NCBI GenBank assembly: GCA_043814095.1
Contig: JBDRKI010000023.1
Coordinates: 10,392 to 74,391, forward strand
DNA: 64,000 bases
Source: Armatimonadota bacterium
GTDB taxonomy: Bacteria > Vulcanimicrobiota > JACPDS01 > JBDRKI01
Direction: 5' to 3'
The notes beneath the pieces were generated by a model. That model did no database searches, had not been told where the DNA came from, and worked only from the letters and a program-made list of their open reading frames with translations. This document shows, piece by piece, positions 18,700-29,364 of the stretch (the stretch's first letter is position 1; every line of letters starts with the position of its first letter). The translations under genes were made by a program, and so were the position numbers.

Positions 18700-19716
18700 T
18701 TATTTTGTCGCTTTTATTTTTTCTTCTATTCCCGGAGGCAGTTTATCGGCCTTTATTCCGGGAGGAAGTTTTATCATTCCCGGAACTTTTTGTGCTTTTC
18801 CGGGCGGGGTAAATTTTTTAGTAAATTCCGCTATTATCTTTTCAAGGTCTATGCTTTCAGCCGGGGGTTGTATATCTACTTTTTTCCCGAAGTTTGAATA
18901 AAGCGCTATGGCGAGAACATTAATTTTTTCATCCTGTCCGGGCGGGGTAATCTGGGTGCTTGCTGTCAGCTTGTGAGGCATAAAATCTCTTTTTCCTATC
19001 CACATTTCAAGCTGTATATCGCTTAACGCATCCATCTGTTTGCTTAACTTATCAGGATCTTGTTTGGGTGAATCGGCTGGCGCGAATTTCTGCATTCTCT
19101 CTATAAGATCCATTATTGCTGTTTTATCCAGTGTCAGGCCGTAATGGAAGCAGTTTATTCCTTCTACTTTCTCGGCAGGTAGTTTTTCCACTTTTCTTTC
19201 CTTCATCCATGCTTTTAATTCGGCTTCCATCTCTTTCTGCTTCGCTTCATCTAGAGGCATTTCCGTATTCGCGTTTTTATATTTATCCAGATTTATCTTT
19301 ATCCAGGTGTCTTTGAATTTACTGACGGCAATAGGCGATTTCATTTTTTCAAGAAGCTGGGGAATTTTAGTAAGTTTCAGGTAAAAGTTTTTATCGGCCA
19401 TTGTTATATCCGCTTCACCTGATACTTGCACTCCCTGAAAATCAACGGCCATTTTTAATGTGCCGGCAAGTCCGGGAGATTTTTTATCCGTAATATCAAC
19501 ATCACTGTCAATTTTGAGTTTCATGGATCCTTCGGTTTTATTTATGGTCCCGGTTACATCTACATCTGCGGTGTAGTGGTAATATTTTACATCCATTAGC
19601 TTAGAGGTCATTTTCTCCATTACTTTTGCGGGTGTTAATGAGATACTCTGATACGCTAAGACTGCAAGCGCGCCTATTACCAGAATAATCAGGATTACCG
19701 AAATGCTTTTATTCAT
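18700..19716 (-). CDS. Membrane-anchored/exported protein, LppX/LolA-like fold possible
   Basis: N-terminal hydrophobic anchor; EKVEGINCFHY, WIGKRDFMPHK, YSNFGKKVDIQPP patterns. Confidence 0.6.
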   Translation of the reverse strand: MNKSISVILIILVIGALAVLAYQSISLTPAKVMEKMTSKLMDVKYYHYTADVDVTGTINKTEGSMKLKIDSDVDITDKKSPGLAGTLKMAVDFQGVQVSGEADITMADKNFYLKLTKIPQLLEKMKSPIAVSKFKDTWIKINLDKYKNANTEMPLDEAKQKEMEAELKAWMKERKVEKLPAEKVEGINCFHYGLTLDKTAIMDLIERMQKFAPADSPKQDPDKLSKQMDALSDIQLEMWIGKRDFMPHKLTASTQITPPGQDEKINVLAIALYSNFGKKVDIQPPAESIDLEKIIAEFTKKFTPPGKAQKVPGMIKLPPGIKADKLPPGIEEKIKATK

Positions 19717-19904
19717 ATTATTATTACCTCCGTTTTAAAGTGTAAAAAGCTTCTATTTAAATAAAAACTATTCCTTTATTTTTGAATATATTGCTTACCG
19801 ATAATTATATAAAGGATATAAGGTATAAAAGGAGAAAAAAATATAAAATTCATTCTTTTTATTACTGCAACCCATTATATTATTACTTTAATAAGGTGAG
19901 AATT

Positions 19905-22900
19905 ATGCGCAGAAATTTCCAAACTTTACTTATATCAGCATTGTTTTGTTTAATACTGGCAGGCATAACTTATACATCTGCTGTTTCCGGCACATGGAAT
20001 GTTGTTTTTGTAATAAGTAAACTTCCTGCAGAAGCGGTATCGGGTACAATTTTAGATGTAAAAATAGGGGATACCTCTTTTGCTCTTCCTGCTCAGGCCG
20101 GCGCAAAGAAGGTGGTTCAGGTTACTTATAAAGGCGCTGATGACAGCCAGCTTAAAGCCAAAACTAACAGACATATAAAAAACCTTCCTTTTTCCGTTAA
20201 ATTAAAGAAAGGAAACAGTGTGCTTGCGGAAAGATCTGAAAGTTATCTGCCTTGTTATGCTTTAAACTTCGGCACTGGCGGTCAGATCGGTTTTTTAGTG
20301 GTCCCGGTTTATAAAAGAGGCGGATCTTCCGCGCCTTCGGTTTCGAAATCCGGCACGGAAGCGCCCGGTGCGGGAGTACCCGGTGCGGGAGTACCCGGTG
20401 CGGGTTCGGCTTCCGGTATATCGGAAGGTATAGGTGAAGGCAGCGGCAATGTAGATGTTTCTACTCTTCCTCCGGCAGGAGGTGCTGAATTAACCGGTAT
20501 ATGGAAGCCCGAAGTTGGTTACCACTGGATTTATCAAAGAGCAGGCGGCAGAAAAGAATCTTTATGGAAGCCTGCAGACTGGCACATGAACCAGCTTGCC
20601 GTTGCGTATGATCTTCCGGGTATTTTTGAAAATAAAGTTTTAAGAACCGAAAATCTAAATGGAAAATTATGTTGGGTAATAGAATCAAAACAGACAGAAG
20701 AGCAGATACTTGTAAAAGACGGTGTTGAGTATCCCTGCAGGAAGCAGACCCTTACATTTTTAAACTGGATTGATTGTAAAACAAATAAAATATTAAAAAG
20801 TTGTTTTGAAGAGAAGACCCTTTATTCTCCTGTTCCTTCATGGTTAAAGGATTATTTTAAACCTCTTAACAGCAGAAGAGAAACAGTATCTACCAATATG
20901 AATTATATGGCGGGAACAATGACAGAGCGTGAAATTGTTTATAACGAGGATTTAACGACAAAGAAAAAAGATACAGCTAAAACTGTTAATATCCGCCAGT
21001 TCGGATATCCCGATGCGGATTTTACGAATGCTCTTAATTCGCCTTTAGCCGTGGGCGGCAGTTATAAAATGTTTAATGTCTCGGGCACGGCGAACGCGTC
21101 TACTCCGGCGGGCCTTTACCCTTGCTATGTTTTGCAGTCCGGTCCGGCTTCTATATATGCGACACAGGCTAACCATTTTATAGTAAAATTTGTTATTCCG
21201 TACCGGCAGGGTCAGACTGAAGAAAGGGAACTTATTTACGCTAACTTTAATATAGGGCAGCCCCCGGCGCAGGTTGCGGCAATGGAGGTTATTGAACTTA
21301 AGCGCTGCAGGGAATATTATGAATTAGAAGATGCCGGCAGGTGGGTAAATCTTACCTATAAGATAAAGAACAGGGGCAATAAATACGGGTTTGTATCCTA
21401 TGACGTTAAACTTTATAAAAAGGATGAGCCCAACAGTACCATGCAGGTTGATTCAGGTGAGATTAAAACTCTTTCTGCCAGTAAAACTGTTGAGAAGAAG
21501 AGCAAGTTCTGGCTGGACGGCGATAATAAAAAGCCGCCGGGCATATATGTAGCTAAAGTTATCCTTTATGATGAGAACAAAAATGTTCTTGATACGGAAC
21601 TTGTTGAATTTCAGGTTTACACAAAACCGGAGCTGAGCATTCTGGAAGTAAAGCTTTTTAAGGATAAGTTTTTTCAACCCGAAGATCAAGTTTCGGTAGT
21701 ATGCGGGGTGGAAAATCTGGGATATGACGGCGATATGAAAGTCAAATCTCAGATTGAAGATAAAGACGGAAAAATTTACGCGGAAGGTTTTGCCGGGAAA
21801 AAGAATTTTTACGGCAAGCAAAACAAAGAGTATGTCAGCCAGTATGAAAGTTACGAGCATATTAAGATTGACCTGCCGGAAGATATCCCTCCGGGAGAGT
21901 ACAGGATAAAGACAGCCGCTTACTGGGTAAAGCCGAATGCAAGGGGCGAGGAGAAGCAGGATGAGGAGATGTTCTTCCCCGTTGTTGTCGGTGAAATTCT
22001 AGTTTCGGATATAATCCCTTTGCGGGGTTCACAGAGATTCCCGTTTAAGTTAAAGGCTGTTTATACCAATAAGAACGATATGCCGGCTAAGGGAGTTACC
22101 GGATATGTCGGGAACACGCCGTTTACGCTTGATGCGGCTGATAACGCGGATAAAAATCTTTTAGACGGCAAAGAATACATTTATAAATTCATTCCCGCAG
22201 ATGCCGGCCGTACTTTTAAATGGGGAAAGCATGAATATAAGGCAAATGCGGAGGTTAAGGATAAAAGTTATACGTCGCCTTCAAAGAAGTTTGAGATAGG
22301 TCCTTATGAGTATATAGAAGAAGATGAAACTTATATTAAAAATACTTACTGGTATAAAGAATCCGGCAAAAGGGATAAAAAATACGATTTTTCCGGAGGG
22401 GTAAATTATAAGGGTAAAAAATATTACCCTGTCTGTATAACGCGGGGAGGTTCTCCCAACGGACATCTCTGGATTGATGAAAACGAGCTTGTGCTTGAAG
22501 ATGAGAACATAATAAAGGCATTGTTCGTTTATGTTGTTGTATGCGGCGACGGAAGCAAGATTCCGGAAGAGATAGCCGATTATAACGCGAAAGTTGATGA
22601 AGACGCGGAAGCAATGAATGATATGATAGACGAAGCAAAGTTCGGTAAAGTGGCGGAGCTTTCTTCAAATATTATAGGCGTTGTTTTTTCCGTTGAAACC
22701 CTTGCGACCGGCGGCGCCGGGGCGGTTGCGAAAATAGGCAGCGTTCTGGCGGTAATTGATATTGTGGCGCAGACAAAATCAAGCAAAGATATTTTAACTG
22801 ACTTATGCGCCATGGACGAGAACAGTTTAGGCAACGCGGCTGATGTTGAAAACTTCCAGCAGATAGAAAAGCTTCAGGTTAAGTCTCCGGTTAATGAACC

Positions 22901-23597
22901 GTTTAAAACAGGGTACGGGGAAGTGTCGCTTACAGCCGGCACCATTAAAGAAGCGGCGGAAGTTATACAGATGTATAACGCAAGACAGACACAGCTCAAG
23001 AGTTTCGCGAGCGCGTTTGCCGCAAGTCAGAGCAAGGCGCTTATTAACAAGGCGATGTTGAAATCAAAAATGGCGTCAGCGGGTTTTTCTATGGGAACGG
23101 CAATCGCGGCATGGATAGAAAGCCCTGGTGATATTGCTCCTGACGCGTTATACCTTGCGCTGTGCTATCAGAAAAGGTGCATCTTAGATAAAAAGATAGT
23201 AGAAATTTATAAAAATGCCCGGGACGGGATATCAAGGGATGAAGAAGTAAATGATCTTATACTTCTTCCGATAAACAAGGCGCTTTCGGCGTCTATGGCC
23301 GCCGTTATTCTGGAAGAAGGCGCGTCCATACTTGATAAGCGCGGGAAAACCATATCGGGCGCGCTTATAAGAGGGTCGCTCTGGGCGGCTAAAAAAGCGG
23401 GCATTACCGACAAAGACTACGGCGACAGGATAGAGGAGATAAGGGAAGAAGGCGCCTCTATGGCAAGAAGTCTGTCAAATATGTATATGGATGAATATGA
23501 ACATAACGATAAAGTAATTTCGTACCAGCTAAGCAATGCAATGACGCGGATTAATCTCGGTGAGCAGTTAAGAAATACGTTTGACAGAAAGATATAG
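19905..23597 (+). CDS. Large secreted multidomain hypothetical protein
   Basis: Start at ATG 19905 (RBS AAGGTG) gives a signal peptide; G/P/S linker, beta-rich Ig-like domains, helical C-terminus. Confidence 0.75.
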   Translation: MRRNFQTLLISALFCLILAGITYTSAVSGTWNVVFVISKLPAEAVSGTILDVKIGDTSFALPAQAGAKKVVQVTYKGADDSQLKAKTNRHIKNLPFSVKLKKGNSVLAERSESYLPCYALNFGTGGQIGFLVVPVYKRGGSSAPSVSKSGTEAPGAGVPGAGVPGAGSASGISEGIGEGSGNVDVSTLPPAGGAELTGIWKPEVGYHWIYQRAGGRKESLWKPADWHMNQLAVAYDLPGIFENKVLRTENLNGKLCWVIESKQTEEQILVKDGVEYPCRKQTLTFLNWIDCKTNKILKSCFEEKTLYSPVPSWLKDYFKPLNSRRETVSTNMNYMAGTMTEREIVYNEDLTTKKKDTAKTVNIRQFGYPDADFTNALNSPLAVGGSYKMFNVSGTANASTPAGLYPCYVLQSGPASIYATQANHFIVKFVIPYRQGQTEERELIYANFNIGQPPAQVAAMEVIELKRCREYYELEDAGRWVNLTYKIKNRGNKYGFVSYDVKLYKKDEPNSTMQVDSGEIKTLSASKTVEKKSKFWLDGDNKKPPGIYVAKVILYDENKNVLDTELVEFQVYTKPELSILEVKLFKDKFFQPEDQVSVVCGVENLGYDGDMKVKSQIEDKDGKIYAEGFAGKKNFYGKQNKEYVSQYESYEHIKIDLPEDIPPGEYRIKTAAYWVKPNARGEEKQDEEMFFPVVVGEILVSDIIPLRGSQRFPFKLKAVYTNKNDMPAKGVTGYVGNTPFTLDAADNADKNLLDGKEYIYKFIPADAGRTFKWGKHEYKANAEVKDKSYTSPSKKFEIGPYEYIEEDETYIKNTYWYKESGKRDKKYDFSGGVNYKGKKYYPVCITRGGSPNGHLWIDENELVLEDENIIKALFVYVVVCGDGSKIPEEIADYNAKVDEDAEAMNDMIDEAKFGKVAELSSNIIGVVFSVETLATGGAGAVAKIGSVLAVIDIVAQTKSSKDILTDLCAMDENSLGNAADVENFQQIEKLQVKSPVNEPFKTGYGEVSLTAGTIKEAAEVIQMYNARQTQLKSFASAFAASQSKALINKAMLKSKMASAGFSMGTAIAAWIESPGDIAPDALYLALCYQKRCILDKKIVEIYKNARDGISRDEEVNDLILLPINKALSASMAAVILEEGASILDKRGKTISGALIRGSLWAAKKAGITDKDYGDRIEEIREEGASMARSLSNMYMDEYEHNDKVISYQLSNAMTRINLGEQLRNTFDRKI
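20364..20404 (+). repeat. 15-bp in-frame tandem repeat (PGAGV)
   Basis: CCCGGTGCGGGAGTA twice plus partial CCCGGTGCGGG. Confidence 0.9.
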
Positions 23598-23614
23598 AAG
23601 AAAGGTGTGATTTT

Positions 23615-24940
23615 ATGAAGATATTAATTTGTAATACTGCGGCTGTTACTCTTGACGGCGAGAGGAGCATACTGCCCGAAGTTGATATAGCTATAGAAGA
23701 CGGCAGGATTTTATCCGTAGGAAATACACCTGGTGATTTTAAAGCCGAGAGGGTTATAGACGGTTCGGGTTATGCGGCATCTCCAGGCTTTTTTAATACC
23801 CATACCCATTCTGCGATGACGCTTGAGAGGGGCTGGGCAGAGGACCTTCCCTTTGACAGGTGGCTTAATGAGAAGATATGGGTTGCGGAAGGAGCCCTGG
23901 AGAAAGAAGATGTTTACTGGGGCGCGGCTTTAGCTTGCTGCGAGATGATAAGATCCGGTACGGTCGGGTTTGCTGATCATTATTTCTGGATGGATGAGAC
24001 AGCCCGGGCTGTCTCTGAATCAGGGATGAAGGCTTTACTTGCCTGGTGCCAGTTCGGGATAGGGAAAGACAAAGAGGTAGGCGGTATAACCCTGGAAGAT
24101 ACAGTGGATTTTATAAAAAAGTATCATAATTCAGAAGAGGGTAGGATAAAATGTTTTTTAGGTCCCCATTCCCCTTATATGTGTCCCCCGGATTTTCTAA
24201 AAAAGATTGTTAAAGCGGCTGGGGATTTAAATGTGGGGATCCACCTTCACCTGTCGGAATCCGATGATCAGGTTAAAAACTCCTTAAAGGCATATAATAA
24301 AACTCCGGTAGAGCATCTTAAATCCCTGGGTGTTTTTGATCATAACTGCATAGCGGCTCACTGCATATCGGTAAGTGATAATGATATCTCTATTCTGGCT
24401 GAGAAAAAAGTTAATATAGCGCATACTCCGAAAACATATATGAAGCTTGCGATGGGCATGGCGCCTCTGGATAAATTTATTAATGCAGGAATTAATGTAG
24501 GGCTTGGAACGGACGGGCCGGCCTCAAATAGCGACCTTAATATGCTTGAAGTCTTGAGGATTACGGGTCTTGTTCACAAAAACCGGCTTTTAGATCCTTC
24601 AGCGTTCCCGATAAATGAACTTTTAAAAATGGCAGCTCAAGCAGGGGCAAAAGCCATGGGATTTGAGGATACAGGGGTGTTAAAGCCCGGCGCTTCTGCC
24701 GATATTGTTTTATTTAATACTCAAAAAACCCACTGGGCACCGCGTCATGATATATCTGCGAATATAGTTTATTCATCACATCCTTCAGATATAGAGTATG
24801 TTATCTGTAACGGAAGAATAATTCTTGATAAAGGTCAGATTATGACTTTTGACGAAGAGAAGGTAAAATATGAAGCGGAAAGAAGAGCGTTCCGCATGAC
24901 CGCCCGTCCGATGCATCTTGTGCGGTCATATAAAGCGTAA
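23615..24940 (+). CDS. Amidohydrolase, MtaD/DadD-like (methylthioadenosine/SAH deaminase family)
   Basis: NTHTHSAM, GPHSPY, HLHLSE, AAHC, GTDGPASN. Confidence 0.85.
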   Translation: MKILICNTAAVTLDGERSILPEVDIAIEDGRILSVGNTPGDFKAERVIDGSGYAASPGFFNTHTHSAMTLERGWAEDLPFDRWLNEKIWVAEGALEKEDVYWGAALACCEMIRSGTVGFADHYFWMDETARAVSESGMKALLAWCQFGIGKDKEVGGITLEDTVDFIKKYHNSEEGRIKCFLGPHSPYMCPPDFLKKIVKAAGDLNVGIHLHLSESDDQVKNSLKAYNKTPVEHLKSLGVFDHNCIAAHCISVSDNDISILAEKKVNIAHTPKTYMKLAMGMAPLDKFINAGINVGLGTDGPASNSDLNMLEVLRITGLVHKNRLLDPSAFPINELLKMAAQAGAKAMGFEDTGVLKPGASADIVLFNTQKTHWAPRHDISANIVYSSHPSDIEYVICNGRIILDKGQIMTFDEEKVKYEAERRAFRMTARPMHLVRSYKA

Positions 24941-24965
24941 AAATATAAATATCCGGGAGGCAGCC

Positions 24966-26411
24966 ATGAGAAACAAGAAGGTATTATTTGTCCTGATTTC
25001 GGGTATAGTCTTAGTATCCTTAATATTACTATCGTTCCAGGCATTTTCATGTGAGAAAAAATCGCTTATTGCAAAATCAGTTAAACAGCTGTGTCCGGCG
25101 GGTTATGAGTATTATAAAAACGATGCCGCTGGTATATCGTTTAATAAGCCGGCTGGCTGGGATGTATTTATTGATAACGGTGTTGTCATGATAAAGCCTT
25201 CTTATGAGGGTGCGACCTGTATCTTTTTGTATCCCATATGGCATGTAAATAAAAAAATGGACGCGGTTTCATTTTTAAGTTTTATGTACTATACGGCAAA
25301 AAAAGAAATGCCCGGTCTTGAAATAATTGATAAAAGGGCAAATGCGAATAAAACAATGGCTGAAGTAACGACTACGGTTACGGACTGCGGTGTTCCCGCT
25401 AAAGGTTTTTATATGGTGAGTTTAGCGGAAGGAAGGGGGCTTTACTGCGGGTATGAAGCGCCTTCGGGTGAATATGATTCCAAGCAGACTACACTGCGCG
25501 AGGTTTTAAAAAGCTTAAGCATTGTCCCCATGACATTCTATAATGCGTCAAAGAGCGGCAAATATTATGCAAGCACTCCGGCTTCGCAGAGCATCGCCCC
25601 CACGATAAATACAAACAATTTTGTCACAAAATCCTCCAGTGACGGCACGATGTATGTAGCGTGCCCGCCGGACTGGCAGGCTAACGGCGGTAATTACTTT
25701 TTTATAGCGCATTCTCCCGACGGCAAGCTGGGTGTGTTTACATCCGATAACCATCAGCCAAAAACTTTTGACCCCCAGCAGTATCTTCTTTATCAGCTTA
25801 TGCCTTTTATGAAGTGCTCAAATACGGTTATTGCCGGAAGCGAGCCTAACAATGATTATATGAAAATGCTTCAGTCGCAGGGCATTCCGTCAAATGCCGT
25901 AAATTTTTACGGCGAGACAACCAACGGTGAGGGATTGCGATTAAAATTCGCGATCATGGTAAGCGCGACAAACCTGCAGGGGTACGGGGCTCCGGGCGGT
26001 TATGTTTCCGTAATAGGAGCTTTCGGAGCGCCTGAGCTGTTTGACAGAAATTTTAATGTTCTTCTTGCCATGGCATTATCCGTAACCGCGGACAGCGGCA
26101 AGATAATGGGCAATTTAAGAGCGAATCTTGACCGCCTGGGACAGGCTTCAAAAACAATGTCTCAGACCGGCGATGTTGTTATACAGGGTCTGCGCCAGGG
26201 TTCGGCAAACACGGATAGGGCATTTGATAAATATAACTATTATTCAGCCGGCGAAGAAGCAAGATATTCTCCGGGTGAAAACAAGATTTATGTTGTGGAT
26301 TCAAGTCTTGAGAAATACGCTGAAAACCCCAATTATTCGGGTGAGATGCTTACGGAAGTACCGGATCATCTCTGGAACCAGCTGCCCCATGACAGGCAGT
26401 ATGCGCCTTAA
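24966..26411 (+). CDS. Secreted hypothetical protein
   Basis: ATG 24966 with RBS GGAGG and signal peptide. Confidence 0.7.
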   Translation: MRNKKVLFVLISGIVLVSLILLSFQAFSCEKKSLIAKSVKQLCPAGYEYYKNDAAGISFNKPAGWDVFIDNGVVMIKPSYEGATCIFLYPIWHVNKKMDAVSFLSFMYYTAKKEMPGLEIIDKRANANKTMAEVTTTVTDCGVPAKGFYMVSLAEGRGLYCGYEAPSGEYDSKQTTLREVLKSLSIVPMTFYNASKSGKYYASTPASQSIAPTINTNNFVTKSSSDGTMYVACPPDWQANGGNYFFIAHSPDGKLGVFTSDNHQPKTFDPQQYLLYQLMPFMKCSNTVIAGSEPNNDYMKMLQSQGIPSNAVNFYGETTNGEGLRLKFAIMVSATNLQGYGAPGGYVSVIGAFGAPELFDRNFNVLLAMALSVTADSGKIMGNLRANLDRLGQASKTMSQTGDVVIQGLRQGSANTDRAFDKYNYYSAGEEARYSPGENKIYVVDSSLEKYAENPNYSGEMLTEVPDHLWNQLPHDRQYAP

Positions 26412-26437
26412 TTAACAGGAAATAAAGAGAGGTAGTT

Positions 26438-27481
26438 ATGAGAAAAGTGTTCTTAAGGGTTGTTTTAGTATTTATTTTTTCCGTTGCATTAATATTGTCT
26501 TCCGGCGCTTATGATATAGACTCAAGAGGTGATATAGCGGTAGGTTCCGGAGACAATAATTCAAAGATAGAGATAGCGGGCGGCAGGTTTGTTATTGTTG
26601 CCTTAAAATATACTTCGGGCACGGGTTATACCTGGAAAGCGGTAAAAGCTGATCCTTATTATGTCCAGCAGGTCGGAAAAGAAACAACAGAAATCCCGGA
26701 ATCGGCTATACCCGGTGCTCCCGGTTATCAGAAATTTAAGTTTAAAATGAAAAAAAAGGGTGAGACAACACTTCAGTTTCAGTACCTGCGGCCATGGGAG
26801 GAAGATCAAAAAGGTTCCGAGACATTCACAGTGAATCTTGTGATAACATCAGATGATTTTAACGTAAAATACCGCACATTGAATAAGAGAATATTCCAGC
26901 AGAGCGAAGAATGCTCAATATCCGTGTATTACCCTCAGATAGACGGATTTTCTGATAAGGATTCCCAGGATAAATTAAACGGGATTATAAGCGGGTATAT
27001 TAACGGGCTCCTCGGCCAGTTTAAGAAAGATATGAAAGACAGGAACAGAGAAGTTTTATGGACCCTGTATGTTGATTATGAAGTTAAATTTGAATCCAAT
27101 AAGCTTATAAGCATGATATTTACAGGTGACTGCTATGAAGGCGGAGCTCATCCGGACCAGATTACTTATACTTTAAATTATGACCTCCAGAACGAAAAGA
27201 TCCTTTCTTTAGGGGACTTTTTTGAAGAGGGCACCTCTTACCTGGATCCTATATCTTCTTACTGCATAAAATATCTAAATGAAAAACAGGTTTCTAATCC
27301 GGACTGGATAAATAAAGGAGCAACTCCGGTAGAAGAAAATTACAAGTCTTTTTATGTAGTTGAAGATAATTTAGTTATAGTTTTTCCACACTACCAGGTT
27401 GCCCCTTATTATGAAGGCATACAGGAAGTCCCGGTACCTTTTAAAGATTTAAACGGTGTTAAAAATGAATTAATGAAGTAG
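26438..27481 (+). CDS. Secreted chagasin (I42 protease inhibitor) + DUF4163/DUF3298 (RsiV/PdaC-like) fusion
   Basis: GTGYTW, PGAPG, YLRPWE (I42); YPQI, GGAHP, NYDL, FPHYQVAPYYEG (RsiV-like). Confidence 0.85.
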   Translation: MRKVFLRVVLVFIFSVALILSSGAYDIDSRGDIAVGSGDNNSKIEIAGGRFVIVALKYTSGTGYTWKAVKADPYYVQQVGKETTEIPESAIPGAPGYQKFKFKMKKKGETTLQFQYLRPWEEDQKGSETFTVNLVITSDDFNVKYRTLNKRIFQQSEECSISVYYPQIDGFSDKDSQDKLNGIISGYINGLLGQFKKDMKDRNREVLWTLYVDYEVKFESNKLISMIFTGDCYEGGAHPDQITYTLNYDLQNEKILSLGDFFEEGTSYLDPISSYCIKYLNEKQVSNPDWINKGATPVEENYKSFYVVEDNLVIVFPHYQVAPYYEGIQEVPVPFKDLNGVKNELMK

Positions 27482-27510
27482 AAAAGATATATAAAAAGCA
27501 ATGATAAAAA

Positions 27511-27789
27511 GGCCGGCATGGGCGCTTGCTTGCCGGTGAAAGTCCGATACGGAGGTTGATAGCGCCAACAGTTAGCCAAAGACAAGGGTGTCCGTTGTGA
27601 GGCGGAATTTCAAGGAAGTCGGAGGCAAAGCTTCGGTCTGAGGAACACGAACCGCATAAAAGGCATAGCTCTGCGGGCGAGTTTGCACAACAAAACGAAG
27701 CCCCAAACTATCCGAAGCAGGCAGTGTAAATGCGGCAGATATATGAAGCGAAAGTAAGGGCTAACAAAGGAAGTCACGGTATAGACGGG
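27511..27789 (+). mobile_element. Group IIC intron 5' remnant (domain I plus RT0 fragment)
   Basis: CCGGCATGGG, GGTGAAAGTCC, CAAGGGTGTCCG, CTTCGGTCTGAGGAACACGAAC, GAGTTTGCACAACAAAAC resemble class C intron domain I; 27751-27789 encodes KVRANKGSHGIDG (RT0-like). Confidence 0.88.
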
Positions 27790-27954
27790 CGGTATTTGAA
27801 TCCTTTCATCTTCATAATTGTTATTTTCTATATATATCAAGGAATTCCTCTGTTTGCCGGCTTTTCTAAACAGGGTAATACAACTTTTGCTGTATTTTGC
27901 TCAGAAACATAAAATCAAAGTTCTAAATTGGCTTGACACTTAGCAATTCTAATA

Positions 27955-27991
27955 TTGACATTTATTCCATAATAGAGTAATCTATTATGGA
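27955..27991 (+). promoter_or_regulatory. Promoter with palindromic operator for the AAA-ATPase gene
   Basis: TTGACA-17nt-TAATCT; inverted repeat TCCATAATAGA-GTAA-TCTATTATGGA. Confidence 0.6.
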
Positions 27992-27994
27992 GAT

Positions 27995-29272
27995 ATGATT
28001 AAAGAAAGAAAAATATTCGCCAAATTGCTGAAAGAAGCTTCCGTGCCGAAAGTGTCTATAATTTTGGGCTCGAGGCAGGTGGGAAAAACCACCGCTTTGG
28101 AATACGTGTTTGAAACCATCTGCGGGAAAGGAAAGCATAAGGGCATATTTTTAGATTTAGATATTTATTCTAACTTTGAAAAAATTTCTTCCTACGAAAA
28201 TGCCGTTAATACTTTTAAATTGGCGGGGTATAACCCTGAAAGCAGGGAAAGGTTCTATGTTTTTCTTGATGAGTTTCAGAGGTATAAAGATTTAACGGTC
28301 ATAATAAAAAATATATATGATCATCATAAAAACATAAAAATATATGCTACCGGTTCTTCTTCCATAACGATAAAATGCAATGTTCAGGAGAGTTTGTCGG
28401 GAAGAAAAATAATTACATATTTATTTCCCTTGAATTTTGAGGAATTCCTTATTTTTAAAAATAAAAAAGACTTACTGGCGGCGCTTAAAAATGTTTCATC
28501 GCTTAGAGGGGAAGACCTTTTCGCCCCCTCCAAAGAACTTTTTGAAAATTTGGAAGAATTTATAAGGTTTGGGGCATACCCCGAAGTGGTATTGGCGGGG
28601 AATAAAAAAGACAAGACGGAAATTTTGAGGAGCATTTTTGATTTATATGTAAAAAAAGAGCTGGTGGAATATTTAAAAATAGAAAAAATATACGAAACCA
28701 AACGGCTGATTCAATATCTCGCGGTAAATAATGCGCAAAAAATCAAATATCAGAATATTTCACAGTTTGTGGGTTTTTCCCAAAAAACGGTTAAGCATTA
28801 TATAGAAATCATAAAAGAAACCTTTTTGCTTGTCGAAATAAAGCCGTTTTTCGCGAATAAAAACAAAGAATTGGTAAAAATACCAAAAATATATTTTGTA
28901 GACACGGGTGTTGCGAATTTCTTTACCAATAATTTTAATAAATTGGAATTAAGAAACGATTCGCCGTTTTTATTTGAAAACTTTGTTTTATCCGAATTTC
29001 TAAAAAACGGTTTCATCGAGGACAATATTAAATTTTGGCAGGATAAAAATAAAAACGAAGTGGATTTTATATTGGAAAAGAGCTCAAAGGTCACGGCAGT
29101 GGAAGTTAAATTTAAGAAAAATCTTAAGGCCTCGGATTTTTCTTCGCTTAATTTGTTTAAGAAGGACTACCCCGGCACGGACTGTGTTTTGATTAACCTG
29201 TCTTCGCAGAAAAAACACAAAAACATAAAAACGATGCTGCCGTATAAAGCGGCATATGCGGCAGAGATATAG
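27995..29272 (+). CDS. AAA+ ATPase (AAA_14 + DUF4143, C-terminal PD-(D/E)xK-like domain)
   Basis: Walker A GSRQVGKT, Walker B FLDEFQ, TGSSS, ESLSGR, PKIYFVDTG, EVDF...EVK. Confidence 0.92.
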   Translation: MIKERKIFAKLLKEASVPKVSIILGSRQVGKTTALEYVFETICGKGKHKGIFLDLDIYSNFEKISSYENAVNTFKLAGYNPESRERFYVFLDEFQRYKDLTVIIKNIYDHHKNIKIYATGSSSITIKCNVQESLSGRKIITYLFPLNFEEFLIFKNKKDLLAALKNVSSLRGEDLFAPSKELFENLEEFIRFGAYPEVVLAGNKKDKTEILRSIFDLYVKKELVEYLKIEKIYETKRLIQYLAVNNAQKIKYQNISQFVGFSQKTVKHYIEIIKETFLLVEIKPFFANKNKELVKIPKIYFVDTGVANFFTNNFNKLELRNDSPFLFENFVLSEFLKNGFIEDNIKFWQDKNKNEVDFILEKSSKVTAVEVKFKKNLKASDFSSLNLFKKDYPGTDCVLINLSSQKKHKNIKTMLPYKAAYAAEI

Positions 29273-29364
29273 TAAGAAAGGGACGTTCCTTTCTTTGTTT
29301 TTTTATCTCTTGTTTTTCAGTTCATAATACTTTGCCCAGAATCATTTGGCGAAAAAAAACTCTA

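Noticed and set aside
27610-27912. ORFs 27610-27840 (-) and 27730-27912 (+)
   Set aside because: Chance frames over the intron remnant; only a 13-codon RT0 fragment is meaningful
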